A DNA stretch of 64,000 nt, taken from NCBI GenBank assembly GCA_020437105.1, contig JAGQWR010000071.1, forward strand, positions 463 to 64,462. The letters run 5' to 3'. A program made the translations under genes and the position numbers. How positions within the stretch are numbered: the stretch's first letter is position 1; every line of letters starts with the position of its first letter. Under the pieces are notes generated by a model. It did not search any database, had not been told where the DNA came from, and worked only from the letters and a program-made list of their open reading frames with translations. Of the stretch, positions 16,990-28,041 are shown in pieces. The DNA is from Saprospiraceae bacterium. GTDB lineage: Bacteria > Bacteroidota > Bacteroidia > Chitinophagales > Saprospiraceae.

Positions 16990-18531
16990 CTACTGTTTAA
17001 GCATGTACTCAATAAGTGTTTTTCGGATATCAGACCGAAGGTCAGTCGGATCATTCGGTTTCGGTATATCGATTGAAATGTAGCCTGGGTTGTCTGGCGT
17101 CATAAAATCCAGCCTGTTTTCAAAACCGGTCAGGAGGAAATCCGTGAAGGCAATGTGATATACAGCCTCCGGATCAATCGCTACATCATTTATATACCAG
17201 GTGTCTTCGACCTCCTTCAAATTCAGGACCTGCAAAAAGCCTCCGGTGCCTTTATTTTCCCGACCGGCCTCCAAAATCCGGATAAGCAGCGCACCCGTCA
17301 TATCCGATTCGACCATAGATCCGCCGAAAGGCAGCACCCGAAAAATATCTACAGCCAATACATCCCCTTTCAGCTGATCGTCTATTCGGATAGATCCTGA
17401 ATTAAAAAATACAGCATCGGTCTTTTTCCGGGAAGCCTGAGCCATCGACAGCGTCATCAGGGTACCCAAATTGGTTTGAAAATTCCGGATGGAGGATTCT
17501 CTTCCATCCAGCGGAACCTCCGTGTGATACACAATCTGGTCCGGATCCGGAATGACCTGCTTTATCACTGCGTCCTGAATGGTTTGCCATTTTTTAACCA
17601 GCTTGGCCACTTCCGGGTCTCTATCCATTTGATCAGTGACCGGAATCAACCGGGGCTCTAAAGAGGTCTCTCCTGTTTTTGTATTATAGGTAAATTGATA
17701 GAAATAAGCTGTTTTAGCATTAGCATCCGCTTTGCAAACCATGGTTTCGCCAACCATTTCCTGGATATTATCGTGATCATGTCCGCCCATAAGCAGGGGC
17801 ACATTTTGCAGCATGCCGGCCAGTTTTAAATCCTGGACCATATTCAGGTGTGTCAGGCCTAGAACGATATCACAATCTTTTTGCAGGTTTTCTGCCGTTT
17901 GAATAGCACTTTCAAAGGGATCGAGGTAGTGTACATAATCTCTTGGGTTGGCCGCAACGGTTGAAGAAAAAATCCCTACCTGGATTTTCGTGCCATCCGC
18001 ATCCTGGATAAACCAATTGTATCCATCCTCACAATCAACCCGGTAGCCGTTTTGTTCTTTGTAAAAGGGCTTGGGTGTGCCTTCAATATTGAGCCGTACA
18101 CTTGTTCCGATCCAGGTGAAATTTGATTCGTTGATCCGTTCCTGGAGTTCGTCTTCATCCAGATCAAATTCGTGGTTGCCGAAGGCGACTAGATCTACCC
18201 CGGAGGCATTCATGACTTCGACCATTTGTCGGCCTTTTATGCGTTCGCCCTCATATTTCAGGCTACCCAGCAGAGACGGATTGAGGAAATCACCGGCATG
18301 CACAAAAAGTATTGGCTGACCTTCCGCTTTCAAATCCTTGTACAGTTGGGCTACCCTGGACATGCCGCCAACCTTGCCCCCTTCCAGTGCTTCGATTTCA
18401 TAGACGTCGTTAATATGCAAAATACCAAATCGGATGATTCCGTCATCGGTATCTGTTTTTGCAAGCCTTTTGGAGGGATCGCATGAAAAAAAGAAGAGTA
18501 CAGAAAGGCAGAGAATGGTTAAACGATTCAT
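16990..18531 (-). CDS. Bifunctional metallophosphatase / 5'-nucleotidase family lipoprotein
   Basis: 513 aa. Contains ILHINDVYE, HAGDFLNPS, GNHEFD and GGHDH metallophosphatase motifs plus a C-terminal 5'-nucleotidase-like domain. Confidence 0.8.
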   Translation of the reverse strand: MNRLTILCLSVLFFFSCDPSKRLAKTDTDDGIIRFGILHINDVYEIEALEGGKVGGMSRVAQLYKDLKAEGQPILFVHAGDFLNPSLLGSLKYEGERIKGRQMVEVMNASGVDLVAFGNHEFDLDEDELQERINESNFTWIGTSVRLNIEGTPKPFYKEQNGYRVDCEDGYNWFIQDADGTKIQVGIFSSTVAANPRDYVHYLDPFESAIQTAENLQKDCDIVLGLTHLNMVQDLKLAGMLQNVPLLMGGHDHDNIQEMVGETMVCKADANAKTAYFYQFTYNTKTGETSLEPRLIPVTDQMDRDPEVAKLVKKWQTIQDAVIKQVIPDPDQIVYHTEVPLDGRESSIRNFQTNLGTLMTLSMAQASRKKTDAVFFNSGSIRIDDQLKGDVLAVDIFRVLPFGGSMVESDMTGALLIRILEAGRENKGTGGFLQVLNLKEVEDTWYINDVAIDPEAVYHIAFTDFLLTGFENRLDFMTPDNPGYISIDIPKPNDPTDLRSDIRKTLIEYMLKQ

Positions 18532-18678
18532 GAAGTGGCTTTTAAACTTTAGCTTTGCAAACAGGAGAGAGATCGTGGGTATTGGATCATCTATTTACAG
18601 ATTATGCATCCAACATGGTCTAAATCTCTGCTAATTTACCCGATTTTTTTATTTTGCCCTATCGGAGAATCAAATCAA

Positions 18679-20655
18679 ATGCAAGAAACGCCAGCTTTAC
18701 TTTGGAAACCGAGCTCAGAATTTCAAACCAGGTCGCACCTACATAATTATATGCGCTGGCTCGAAAGCGAGCATCAGCTAAAGTTTGCCAATTACGAAGA
18801 ACTATGGGCCTGGTCCAGTTCTTCTATCGAAGATTTTTGGGAAAGTATCTGGCAATACTTTGAAGTGATCACCCATTCGCCCTACTCGGCCATTTTGAAC
18901 GAGCGGGTAATGCCTGGTGCAAAATGGTTTGAAGGAAGCACACTTAATTATGCCGAGCATATATTCCGAAAGGCCAATGAGGCCTATCCGGCTTTGATTT
19001 TCCATTCAGAAAGACTCCAACCGATTGAAATAAGTTGGGGGGAACTGGAATCACAGGTGGCTTCCATGCGCCATTTCCTAAAGGAACAGGGCATTAAACA
19101 GGGAGACCGGATTGTGGCCTATTTACCGAATATTCCGGAGGCCAGCATTGCTTTTCTCGCAGCCTGCTCGCTTGGAGCCATTTGGTCAAGCAGTTCTCCG
19201 GATTTTGGGGTTCAAAGCGTTGTTGATCGCTTTAGTCAGATAGAACCAAAAATCCTCTTTGCTGTAGATGGGTACCAATACAATGGAAAACCCTATGACC
19301 GGACGAGCGAACTAACCGAACTTTGTGCAGCACTCCCTACACTGGAACGTACCGTCTTTATTCCGTATTTAAATCCTGCTGCCGAACCCGACACGCTAAA
19401 AAACGCGATCAAATGGAATGATACATTTAGAGGTGATGCACCGGTATTGGAATTTGATCCACTTCCTTTTGACCACCCCATTTGGGTGCTATATTCTTCC
19501 GGTACGACGGGCATTCCCAAAGCGATCACCCACTCGCACGGAGGCGTATTGTTGGAGCATTTAAAATACCTGGCACTCCAGAATGATGTACACGAGGGAG
19601 AGCGTTTCTTTTGGTTTTCGACTACCGGGTGGATGATGTGGAATTTCCTCCATGCTTCTATGCTGGTTGGCGCAACTGCTGTGCTATATGATGGCAGTCC
19701 GGGTTATCCGGATCTGAATACCTTATGGAAATTTGCAGAGGATACCGGCATACATCATTTTGGAACGAGTGCGCCCTATTTGGTGGCCTGCATGAAGGCA
19801 GAGTTGGCACCTAAAGACTCCTTCAAATTAAAAAATCTTCGCTCGATTGGATCCACCGGGGCGCCACTGCCACCGGAAGCGTTTGACTGGGTGTATAAGA
19901 ACGTTAAAAAAGATCTGTGGCTTTGCTCAATGGCTGGTGGAACGGATGTTTGTACGGCTTTTGTAGGCAGTAATCCGATTTCTCCGGTTTATGAGGGTGA
20001 AATCCAGTGCCGGGCGCTGGGATGTGCGCTTGATTCCTGGGATGAATCCGGCAAATCGGTTGTAAATGAATTGGGGGAAATGGTCATTACCCAGGTGATG
20101 CCTTCCATGCCAATCTATTTTTGGAATGATCCGGATAATAAACGGTATCAAAGCAGCTATTTTGAAATGTATCCGGGTATCTGGCGCCATGGGGACTGGA
20201 TTCGCCTGACGGATCGAGGCAGCCTGATCATCTTTGGCCGGTCAGACGCGACGCTGAACCGCCATGGGGTGCGGATAGGTACTGCCGAAATCTATCGGGG
20301 GGTGGATAAAATAAAATCAATAAAAGACAGCTTAATAGTCAATCTGGAACTTTCGGGCGGGCAACATTATATGCCCCTGTTTGTAGTCATGCAGGAGGGT
20401 GTTTCGTTCAGCCAGGAGGTAATCGACCAAATCCGTACCACCCTCAAATCAGAATATTCCCCTCGCCACGTACCTGATGAGGTTATTCAGGCACCCGATA
20501 TTCCCTATACCATAAGTGGAAAGAAGCTGGAAGCACCGATTAAAAAGATTTTGTTGGGTATGGATATTGGTAAGGCTGCAAATCCCGATAGCATGAAAAA
20601 CCCGGAGTCTTTGGCATTTTTCATTGATTTTGCCAATCAGAAGAAACTTAATTAA
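18679..20655 (+). CDS. Acetoacetate-CoA ligase (acetoacetyl-CoA synthetase)
   Basis: The N-terminus LLWKPSSEFQTRSHLHNYMRWLE...ELWAWSSSSIEDFWESIW is characteristic. The AMP-binding motif is YSSGTTGIPKAITH. The start is taken at MQETPALLWKP (18679). The ORF track start at 18604 adds an unlikely hydrophobic extension. Confidence 0.85.
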   Translation: MQETPALLWKPSSEFQTRSHLHNYMRWLESEHQLKFANYEELWAWSSSSIEDFWESIWQYFEVITHSPYSAILNERVMPGAKWFEGSTLNYAEHIFRKANEAYPALIFHSERLQPIEISWGELESQVASMRHFLKEQGIKQGDRIVAYLPNIPEASIAFLAACSLGAIWSSSSPDFGVQSVVDRFSQIEPKILFAVDGYQYNGKPYDRTSELTELCAALPTLERTVFIPYLNPAAEPDTLKNAIKWNDTFRGDAPVLEFDPLPFDHPIWVLYSSGTTGIPKAITHSHGGVLLEHLKYLALQNDVHEGERFFWFSTTGWMMWNFLHASMLVGATAVLYDGSPGYPDLNTLWKFAEDTGIHHFGTSAPYLVACMKAELAPKDSFKLKNLRSIGSTGAPLPPEAFDWVYKNVKKDLWLCSMAGGTDVCTAFVGSNPISPVYEGEIQCRALGCALDSWDESGKSVVNELGEMVITQVMPSMPIYFWNDPDNKRYQSSYFEMYPGIWRHGDWIRLTDRGSLIIFGRSDATLNRHGVRIGTAEIYRGVDKIKSIKDSLIVNLELSGGQHYMPLFVVMQEGVSFSQEVIDQIRTTLKSEYSPRHVPDEVIQAPDIPYTISGKKLEAPIKKILLGMDIGKAANPDSMKNPESLAFFIDFANQKKLN

Positions 20656-20664
20656 ACAGCCAAA

Positions 20665-21162
20665 CTACCAATTGGTAAAAGCTTTGGTAAAGATATTCTC
20701 TACCAACTGATCCGTAATTTCTTCAATTTTCTCATCCTGCACATCCAGCAGGTTCTGGTCGCTTGGGAACTCAGAGAACCAGGTTTCTGTAAAGGATTTA
20801 TTTGATTCTTCGTGGAGGTTGTTGGTATATTCTACCCGAACAGAAATGGTCAATCGATTAAAAGCAACGTCTTCGCCCGGCTTAGGAGCCTCCGCGGTTA
20901 CTTCGTAGCGTGTAATGGATCCCGAAAACTCAACATGAGGGTCTGTGTTTGTCTGTACCAGCGGTGATTCATTCCGGATCTTCACATTCAGTTTTTCTGT
21001 GAAATCTGCAGCGAGACTAGGTACCTGACCAATTGTTTGGTCCAAAAATGGATTGACATAATAGGTTTTTACATCTGTTTCGATGGCAATACCCCGAAAA
21101 CTGTAACACCCCCCAAAAAGGAGCATAAATCCGACAAAGAAGTATAGCGTAAATCTTTCCAT
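20665..21162 (-). CDS. LptE-family LPS-assembly lipoprotein (putative)
   Basis: The lipobox is LLFGGCYSFRG. The overall pattern (..TYYVNPF.....P.L...FTEKL...., C-terminal IFTKAFTNW) resembles Bacteroidota LptE-like proteins. The start is taken at MERFTLYFF (21162). It lies directly downstream of pyrG. Confidence 0.5.
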   Translation of the reverse strand: MERFTLYFFVGFMLLFGGCYSFRGIAIETDVKTYYVNPFLDQTIGQVPSLAADFTEKLNVKIRNESPLVQTNTDPHVEFSGSITRYEVTAEAPKPGEDVAFNRLTISVRVEYTNNLHEESNKSFTETWFSEFPSDQNLLDVQDEKIEEITDQLVENIFTKAFTNW

Positions 21163-21212
21163 ATTCTGCTTAATAACGGCAATCACCTGAACTTCGTTGT
21201 CTCCCTAAAATA

Positions 21213-22844
<1,632 letters not shown>

Positions 22845-22868
22845 TTAGGATGATTCTGTTACGGGATA

Positions 22869-22876
22869 CAAAGGTA
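22869..22876 (-). promoter_or_regulatory. -7 promoter box TACCTTTG for pyrG
   Basis: The plus strand reads caaaggta, which is TACCTTTG on the minus strand, 48 nt upstream of the pyrG ATG. A small GNRA hairpin (agcc-gaaa-ggct) lies in the leader. Confidence 0.5.
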
Positions 22877-23043
22877 GGAGGATTAATCCTTAAATCTTAA
22901 TTCTGGGTTTTAATTTTTAATTCTTTCGCGGAGCCTGTCGGCCGCCTATTTACACAAATTTAATTTAGACCTAACACTGGGTTTATTTCAAATGGGTTGC
23001 TTTGCGGTGGAATTTAAAAACAACTTCCCGAAAAAATTAGAAC

Positions 23044-24630
23044 ATGAAATTTATCGTAAAATTATTCCCGATTCTAGCTCTTGTAGCATTTTTATCTACA
23101 GGTTGTAAAGAAGATGAAACTCCAACGCTCGAAGTAGTTGCAGTAAGTGGAACTGTAACAGATGATACCGGCAAAGCCTTGGAAGGTGCCACCATAACTT
23201 CTTCAACGGAAGAAACGGTTACGGCTAGCACAGACGCTAATGGTCTTTATACAATTAGCATTTCTAAAGACTCAGACCTAATCTTCTCCAAAGATGGTTA
23301 TGTCTCTACAGAGGAGCCTGTTTCAGGTACAGAAGCAACCGAAACCGTAAATGCTGAACTGGCACGAGGACCAGGTGCTTTCTTTGCAGCAACGTTCGAA
23401 GAGGCTGGCAATCAGGTAACTGATCCGGGTTTTGGCGCAACAGACATTATTCCTTCAAACGATTTAGGTACAGGTTCTGCAGAGCCTTCTACCATGGTAA
23501 ACGTAAACTTTAAAGGTGCTGTTGATCCTGCCAGCACTCCCTGGTATGCCGAGTGGTCATTCTATGACAACCTGATCCACGGTACAACTACATCTGATGC
23601 AATCACGACTGGTACAGTAGAAGTTTGGACGGATGCTGACATGATTGCGGCTGGTAACGATGTACAATGGACTAATGACAAAACATACGTATTAGATGGT
23701 TTTGTATTTGTCAGTGACGGACAAACATTGACTATTCAGGAAGGTACAGTCGTTCAGGGTAAATCAGGTGAAGGGGACAATGCATCTGCGTTGATCATTT
23801 CACGTGGTGGCAAAATCATGGCAAATGGTACTAAAGAATTTCCGATCATCTTCACTTATGAAGGTGACAACGGAAATAGCAGTGCCGAGCTACGTGGCCA
23901 ATGGGGTGGTTTAATTATCCTTGGCAAAGCAGGATTGAACTCTACTCCGGGTGAAACAGCAGTTGAAGGTCTTCCTACAAGTGAGCCTCGCGGACTTTAC
24001 GGTGGCAACGATGATGACGATAACTCTGGCGTACTTCGCTACGTTTCTATCCGCCACGGTGGTACAAACATTGGTGCAGATAATGAAATCAATGGTATGA
24101 CACTGGGTGGTGTTGGTCGTGGTACGACTATCGAGTATGTAGAAATCATTGGCAACAAAGACGACGGAATCGAATGGTTTGGTGGTACAGTTACTGCCCG
24201 GTACCTGATCTCTGCTTTCTGTGCGGATGATGGATTGGATTATGACGAAGGTTTCCGTGGTGAAAACCAATTTGTAATTGTACATCAGGATCCATCTGCA
24301 GATGCAGCTGACCGCGGTGGCGAGCATGATGGTGGTACTGATCCGGAAACTGGTACCCCATATGCAACGCCGTTGTTTTACAATGTTACTTCTATTGGAA
24401 ATCCGGATAGCCGAACCATCACTTTCCGGGATAATGCAGGTGGTGAATACCACAACTCTATCTTTGTAAACTACAAACGTGGTATTGACATTGAGGATCT
24501 GGTAGGTCAGGATCAGGATTCCTACAAACAGTGGGAAGACGGTATTCTGAAAATTGAAAACTGTGTTTTCTTCAATATCGGCGCAGGCAACCGCGACGAA
24601 GATATTTTCAAAGTAAGTTCTGTAGAATAA
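23044..24630 (+). CDS. Surface lipoprotein with an N-terminal carboxypeptidase-regulatory-like domain and a Gly/Asp-rich repeat core; function unknown
   Basis: 528 aa. The lipobox is FLSTGCKED. A CarbopepD_reg-like segment is present (VSGTVTDDTGKALEGATITSS...DANGLYTISI). Repeated G.DDGIEWFGG / DDGLDYDEGFRG motifs are present. It lies upstream of a TonB-dependent receptor. Confidence 0.65.
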   Translation: MKFIVKLFPILALVAFLSTGCKEDETPTLEVVAVSGTVTDDTGKALEGATITSSTEETVTASTDANGLYTISISKDSDLIFSKDGYVSTEEPVSGTEATETVNAELARGPGAFFAATFEEAGNQVTDPGFGATDIIPSNDLGTGSAEPSTMVNVNFKGAVDPASTPWYAEWSFYDNLIHGTTTSDAITTGTVEVWTDADMIAAGNDVQWTNDKTYVLDGFVFVSDGQTLTIQEGTVVQGKSGEGDNASALIISRGGKIMANGTKEFPIIFTYEGDNGNSSAELRGQWGGLIILGKAGLNSTPGETAVEGLPTSEPRGLYGGNDDDDNSGVLRYVSIRHGGTNIGADNEINGMTLGGVGRGTTIEYVEIIGNKDDGIEWFGGTVTARYLISAFCADDGLDYDEGFRGENQFVIVHQDPSADAADRGGEHDGGTDPETGTPYATPLFYNVTSIGNPDSRTITFRDNAGGEYHNSIFVNYKRGIDIEDLVGQDQDSYKQWEDGILKIENCVFFNIGAGNRDEDIFKVSSVE

Positions 24631-24652
24631 ACAGAATCTGCTAAACAATACG

Positions 24653-24968
24653 GTGAGTCATCCCGAATTTTAGAGCGATCTGAAATTCGGGATGTTTCGT
24701 TTTAGAAGGTAGCCATGTGCATCCAATAATTCCAGGTGTCACCCCGACGGGGTTTAGATTTTGGTTTGGAATATTACCTACAAAGATTTATCTCCTACGG
24801 AGATGAGTTTCGGGTATAGGAATCAACTTTTTGCTCCAGCGGAGCAATCTCTTTGTAGCATTTCAAATTGACAGCTTTTCTAAAGCTCCCTAGGAGCGGC
24901 ACCTTTCCACCAGCCACTGACAAATTGTAATAACATGAGTCATTCTGAAAATTCGGGATGACTCATGT
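24653..24968. repeat. MITE-like 316-bp segment with ~19-nt inverted termini, filled with hairpin words
   Basis: The left end is gtgagtcatcccgaatttt (24653-24671). The right end aaaattcgggatgactcat (24947-24965) is the reverse complement atgagtcatcccgaatttt, an 18/19 match. The interior holds the 76-nt element (24735-24811) and the hairpins ttgctcc-agc-ggagcaa and gctcc-ctag-gagc. The left terminus also forms a 12-bp terminator hairpin (24659-24694) for the preceding gene. Confidence 0.45.
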
Positions 24969-25088
24969 TAGTTTACATAAGACCCTAAGAATTAATATTG
25001 GCTTAACAATGCTTTAACCATCCAGTAATAAGCAAAGAGGACTTTTGCGAAAGAATTATTAAAGACAGTAAACTCAAAAAAAATCTCC

Positions 25089-27956
25089 ATGAAAAGATTG
25101 CTTATTCTGGCAGTTTTATTTCTATCCTTTTCCGTTTCTTCATTTGCTCAAAAAGGCACCATTGCCGGTAAGGTAGTGGAAGCTGAATCCGGCTTTGAGG
25201 TAATCGGTTGTGCCGTTTACATTAGTGGCACTACGATCGGAACAACGACCGATTTGGATGGTACGTTCAAGCTGAATGCTGAACCTGGAACTTACGTTAT
25301 TGAGTTCTCCTACATCGGTTTTGAAAAATTACAAATCACAGAAGTTACCGTCAATAGCGGCGGCGTTACAAACCTGGATGTGCAGCTTGGCGAACAGGCA
25401 CTTGACCTGGATCTGGATATTACCGTAACTGCAAAAGCCTATCGCAATACGGAGGCTGCACTGGTAACTATCCAGAAAAAATCCCCTGTTGTTTTAGACG
25501 GAATTTCTGCAGCACAATTCCAAAAAAGTGGGGATAATGATGTGGCTTCTGCTGTTCGCCGGGTAACAGGTGTAACTATCGAAGACAGCAAATATGTGTA
25601 TATCCGTGGCTTAGGTGACCGTTATACCAAGATCACCATGAACGGCGCCGAAGTTCCTGGTTTGGATCCAAACCGGAATACTGTTCAAATGGACCTTTTC
25701 CCAACCAGTTTGATTGATAATATCCTGGTTTATAAATCATTTGCACCAAACCTTCCGGCGGATTTTTCCGGTGGATATGTGGATATTACCACCAGAGACT
25801 TTCCGGAGCAATTTACTTTTAATGCTTCTGCTTCATTTGGATACAATACTTTATCGACTTTCAATAGTGATAACTTCCTGACCTACCCCACTGGTAAAAC
25901 GGATTGGCTTGGTATGGATGATGGTACACGCGCCGTTCCGGAACTGGTTGCCAATACCGAGGTAATTCCTGAATTTGCGACAGGTTTGAATGACCTTGGC
26001 AACGCTCAAAAAATTGCAGATCTGACCCGCGCATTTTCAAATACCTGGGAACAAACGCATGCTTCTCCTTTCCTAAATCACAGTGCTTCTCTTTCTATAG
26101 GCAATCAAAAAACATTCCTGGGCAAACCTCTTGGAATGATTGTCGCACTTACTTATAATCATTCTTATTCGGCATATTCGAATGGTGAATACGGTATTCA
26201 TGAGTTGACCGGTGATGTAAGTACTACATCTGATTTAACAACTCAGTTGATGCTGTCTGAAAATAAAGCATCTGATGATGTACTTTGGGGTGCCCTGTTT
26301 GCCAGTTCTTATAAGCCATCAAACAACCATAAGATTGGGTTGAATATTATGCACAACCAATCTGGAAGCTCTATCGCCCGTAGTCTGGAAGGACGTAAGT
26401 TTAGGGATGACCCAAATGATATTTTCCAAACGCGTACCTGGCAATACCTGGAGCGTGGATTGTCAACCTTCCAACTCAGTGGAAAACACGTAATCCCGGC
26501 TGCTAACAATTTTACCATTGATTGGCAAAGCTCACTCAGCTTGTCCACACAGGATGAGCCGGATCTGCGCTACTTTACCAACCGCTACGATGAGGAAGAT
26601 GATAAATACCGGATCAAACCTTCTTCAGACAATGTGCCCACTCGTTTTTTCCGGAACATGAACCAGTCAAACTGGCACAACCGCCTGGACTTCACCCTCC
26701 CCTTCACTCAGTGGAGTGGCTTGAAAGCGGAAGCTAAAGTTGGTGGTGCTTATGTGACCCGCAACCGGGAGTTCCGGGAAGATCGTTATAACTTCAACAA
26801 CCAGTCTTTTGCGCTCGGTAATCCGGATCCATTGGCTTATTTTCAGGAAGACAACCTCATTCAGGTTGGTGAAAATGGTTTCGACGGGATTACGGGTGTT
26901 TATATCACCGACAATTACGACCCGCGTAACAACTACGACGCCAGCCAACAAAGTGCTGCAGCGTATGCCATGGTTGATTTTCCAATCTTTGAGCGTCTGC
27001 GCATTGTAACCGGTGCTCGTATGGAAACGACGACCCTTCAGTTCAAAACATTTGATGAGGGTCCGACACTTGCTAAATACCCACAATTGGATGGCGAAAC
27101 AAACATCCTGGACAATGTGGACATCCTGCCTGCTGTAAACCTCAATTATGAGCTTACAAAAGACATGAAAATCCGTTTGGCTTATTCCCGCACACTGGCT
27201 CGTCCAACATTCCGGGAATTAGCGCCACTGACTACTTTTGCTGTTGACGGTGGTTTCCTGATCGTAGGTAATCCGGAATTGGAACGCACCCTGATTGACA
27301 ATCTGGATCTTCGCTGGGAAATTATTGCAAACGGTGGTGAAATGATCTCTGTAAGTGGTTTCTATAAAGCATTTACCAATCCGATTGAGCGAACCTTTAA
27401 CACACAGGCTCCAAACACAGAGTTGACTTTCCGGAATGTAGATGAAGCAAGCATCTATGGTGCTGAATTGGAAATCCGCAAAAACCTGGGTTTCATTACT
27501 CCTTTCCTGAGTGATATCAGCCTCGGTTTAAACTGTGCTTATATCTATTCACAAACTACTATTGACCCGGAAGAACTTGCCCTGATTCGTGCATTGGATC
27601 CGGAGGCGAAAGATACTCGTGAGATGTTTGGCCAGGCGCCGTATATCGGTAATGGCTTATTGTCTTATCAAAATAAGAAAGGAACCCAGGTCAACCTGAG
27701 TTATAATATAGTTGGTCCACGCATCTCTGTGGTAACACGTGGTGCAACACCAGACTATTACCAAATGCCGGCACCTGATCTGAGCTTCAACGTTTCTCAA
27801 AAATTTGGTCCGATGACTGTACGTCTGAGTGCCAATAATCTTTTGAACTCTGATTACCGGGAAGTTGCTGAATACAACGGGGTAGAATATCCGATCCTCG
27901 TTTTCCAACGCGGACGTACTTTCTCGCTGGGCTTTAGCTATAAGCTGGCAAAATAA
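25089..27956 (+). CDS. TonB-dependent outer-membrane receptor with an N-terminal carboxypeptidase-regulatory-like domain
   Basis: 955 aa with a signal peptide. Contains a CarbopepD_reg segment (IAGKVVEAESGFEVIGCAVYISGT...DGTFKL), a plug (VRRVTGVTIEDSKYVYIRGLGDRYTKITMNGAEVP) and a terminal beta-strand ending RTFSLGFSYKLAK. No SusD-like gene follows it. Confidence 0.9.
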   Translation: MKRLLILAVLFLSFSVSSFAQKGTIAGKVVEAESGFEVIGCAVYISGTTIGTTTDLDGTFKLNAEPGTYVIEFSYIGFEKLQITEVTVNSGGVTNLDVQLGEQALDLDLDITVTAKAYRNTEAALVTIQKKSPVVLDGISAAQFQKSGDNDVASAVRRVTGVTIEDSKYVYIRGLGDRYTKITMNGAEVPGLDPNRNTVQMDLFPTSLIDNILVYKSFAPNLPADFSGGYVDITTRDFPEQFTFNASASFGYNTLSTFNSDNFLTYPTGKTDWLGMDDGTRAVPELVANTEVIPEFATGLNDLGNAQKIADLTRAFSNTWEQTHASPFLNHSASLSIGNQKTFLGKPLGMIVALTYNHSYSAYSNGEYGIHELTGDVSTTSDLTTQLMLSENKASDDVLWGALFASSYKPSNNHKIGLNIMHNQSGSSIARSLEGRKFRDDPNDIFQTRTWQYLERGLSTFQLSGKHVIPAANNFTIDWQSSLSLSTQDEPDLRYFTNRYDEEDDKYRIKPSSDNVPTRFFRNMNQSNWHNRLDFTLPFTQWSGLKAEAKVGGAYVTRNREFREDRYNFNNQSFALGNPDPLAYFQEDNLIQVGENGFDGITGVYITDNYDPRNNYDASQQSAAAYAMVDFPIFERLRIVTGARMETTTLQFKTFDEGPTLAKYPQLDGETNILDNVDILPAVNLNYELTKDMKIRLAYSRTLARPTFRELAPLTTFAVDGGFLIVGNPELERTLIDNLDLRWEIIANGGEMISVSGFYKAFTNPIERTFNTQAPNTELTFRNVDEASIYGAELEIRKNLGFITPFLSDISLGLNCAYIYSQTTIDPEELALIRALDPEAKDTREMFGQAPYIGNGLLSYQNKKGTQVNLSYNIVGPRISVVTRGATPDYYQMPAPDLSFNVSQKFGPMTVRLSANNLLNSDYREVAEYNGVEYPILVFQRGRTFSLGFSYKLAK

Positions 27957-27984
27957 TTTTAGAGTTTTTGCTGTCTATAATTCA

Positions 27985-28023
27985 ATACAGGTCGTTCTTA
28001 CAAGAATGGCCTGTATTTTTTTG
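27985..28023 (+). terminator. Intrinsic terminator of the TonB-dependent receptor gene
   Basis: atacaggtcgttctt / aagaatggcctgtat (two G-U pairs) followed by a T-run. Confidence 0.7.
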
Positions 28024-28041
28024 CCTGGTTGCGAACCCTGT

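Noticed and set aside
22880-22930. ggattaatcc palindrome and taatttttaattct word upstream of pyrG as a regulatory operator
   Set aside because: It lies upstream of the predicted pyrG -7 box in a divergent spacer and resembles the AT-rich word of the etf spacer. The evidence is too weak to call a binding site.
23911-24648. 245-aa antisense ORF over the 3' half of the 528-aa lipoprotein gene. Similar antisense ORFs lie at 3146..3829, 6032..6496, 21291..21764 and 55425..56036.
   Set aside because: All lie fully inside well-supported genes on the opposite strand (flotillin, S46 peptidase, pyrG, pnp). Their translations are Cys/Phe/Ile-rich nonsense-like with no recognisable motifs.
24905-24920. 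'agccactg' upstream of the TonB-dependent receptor as the B12-box of a cobalamin riboswitch
   Set aside because: None of the other conserved cobalamin riboswitch segments (AGGGAA, GGTGAAAATCC-like) is present. The octamer sits inside the hairpin-word mosaic.
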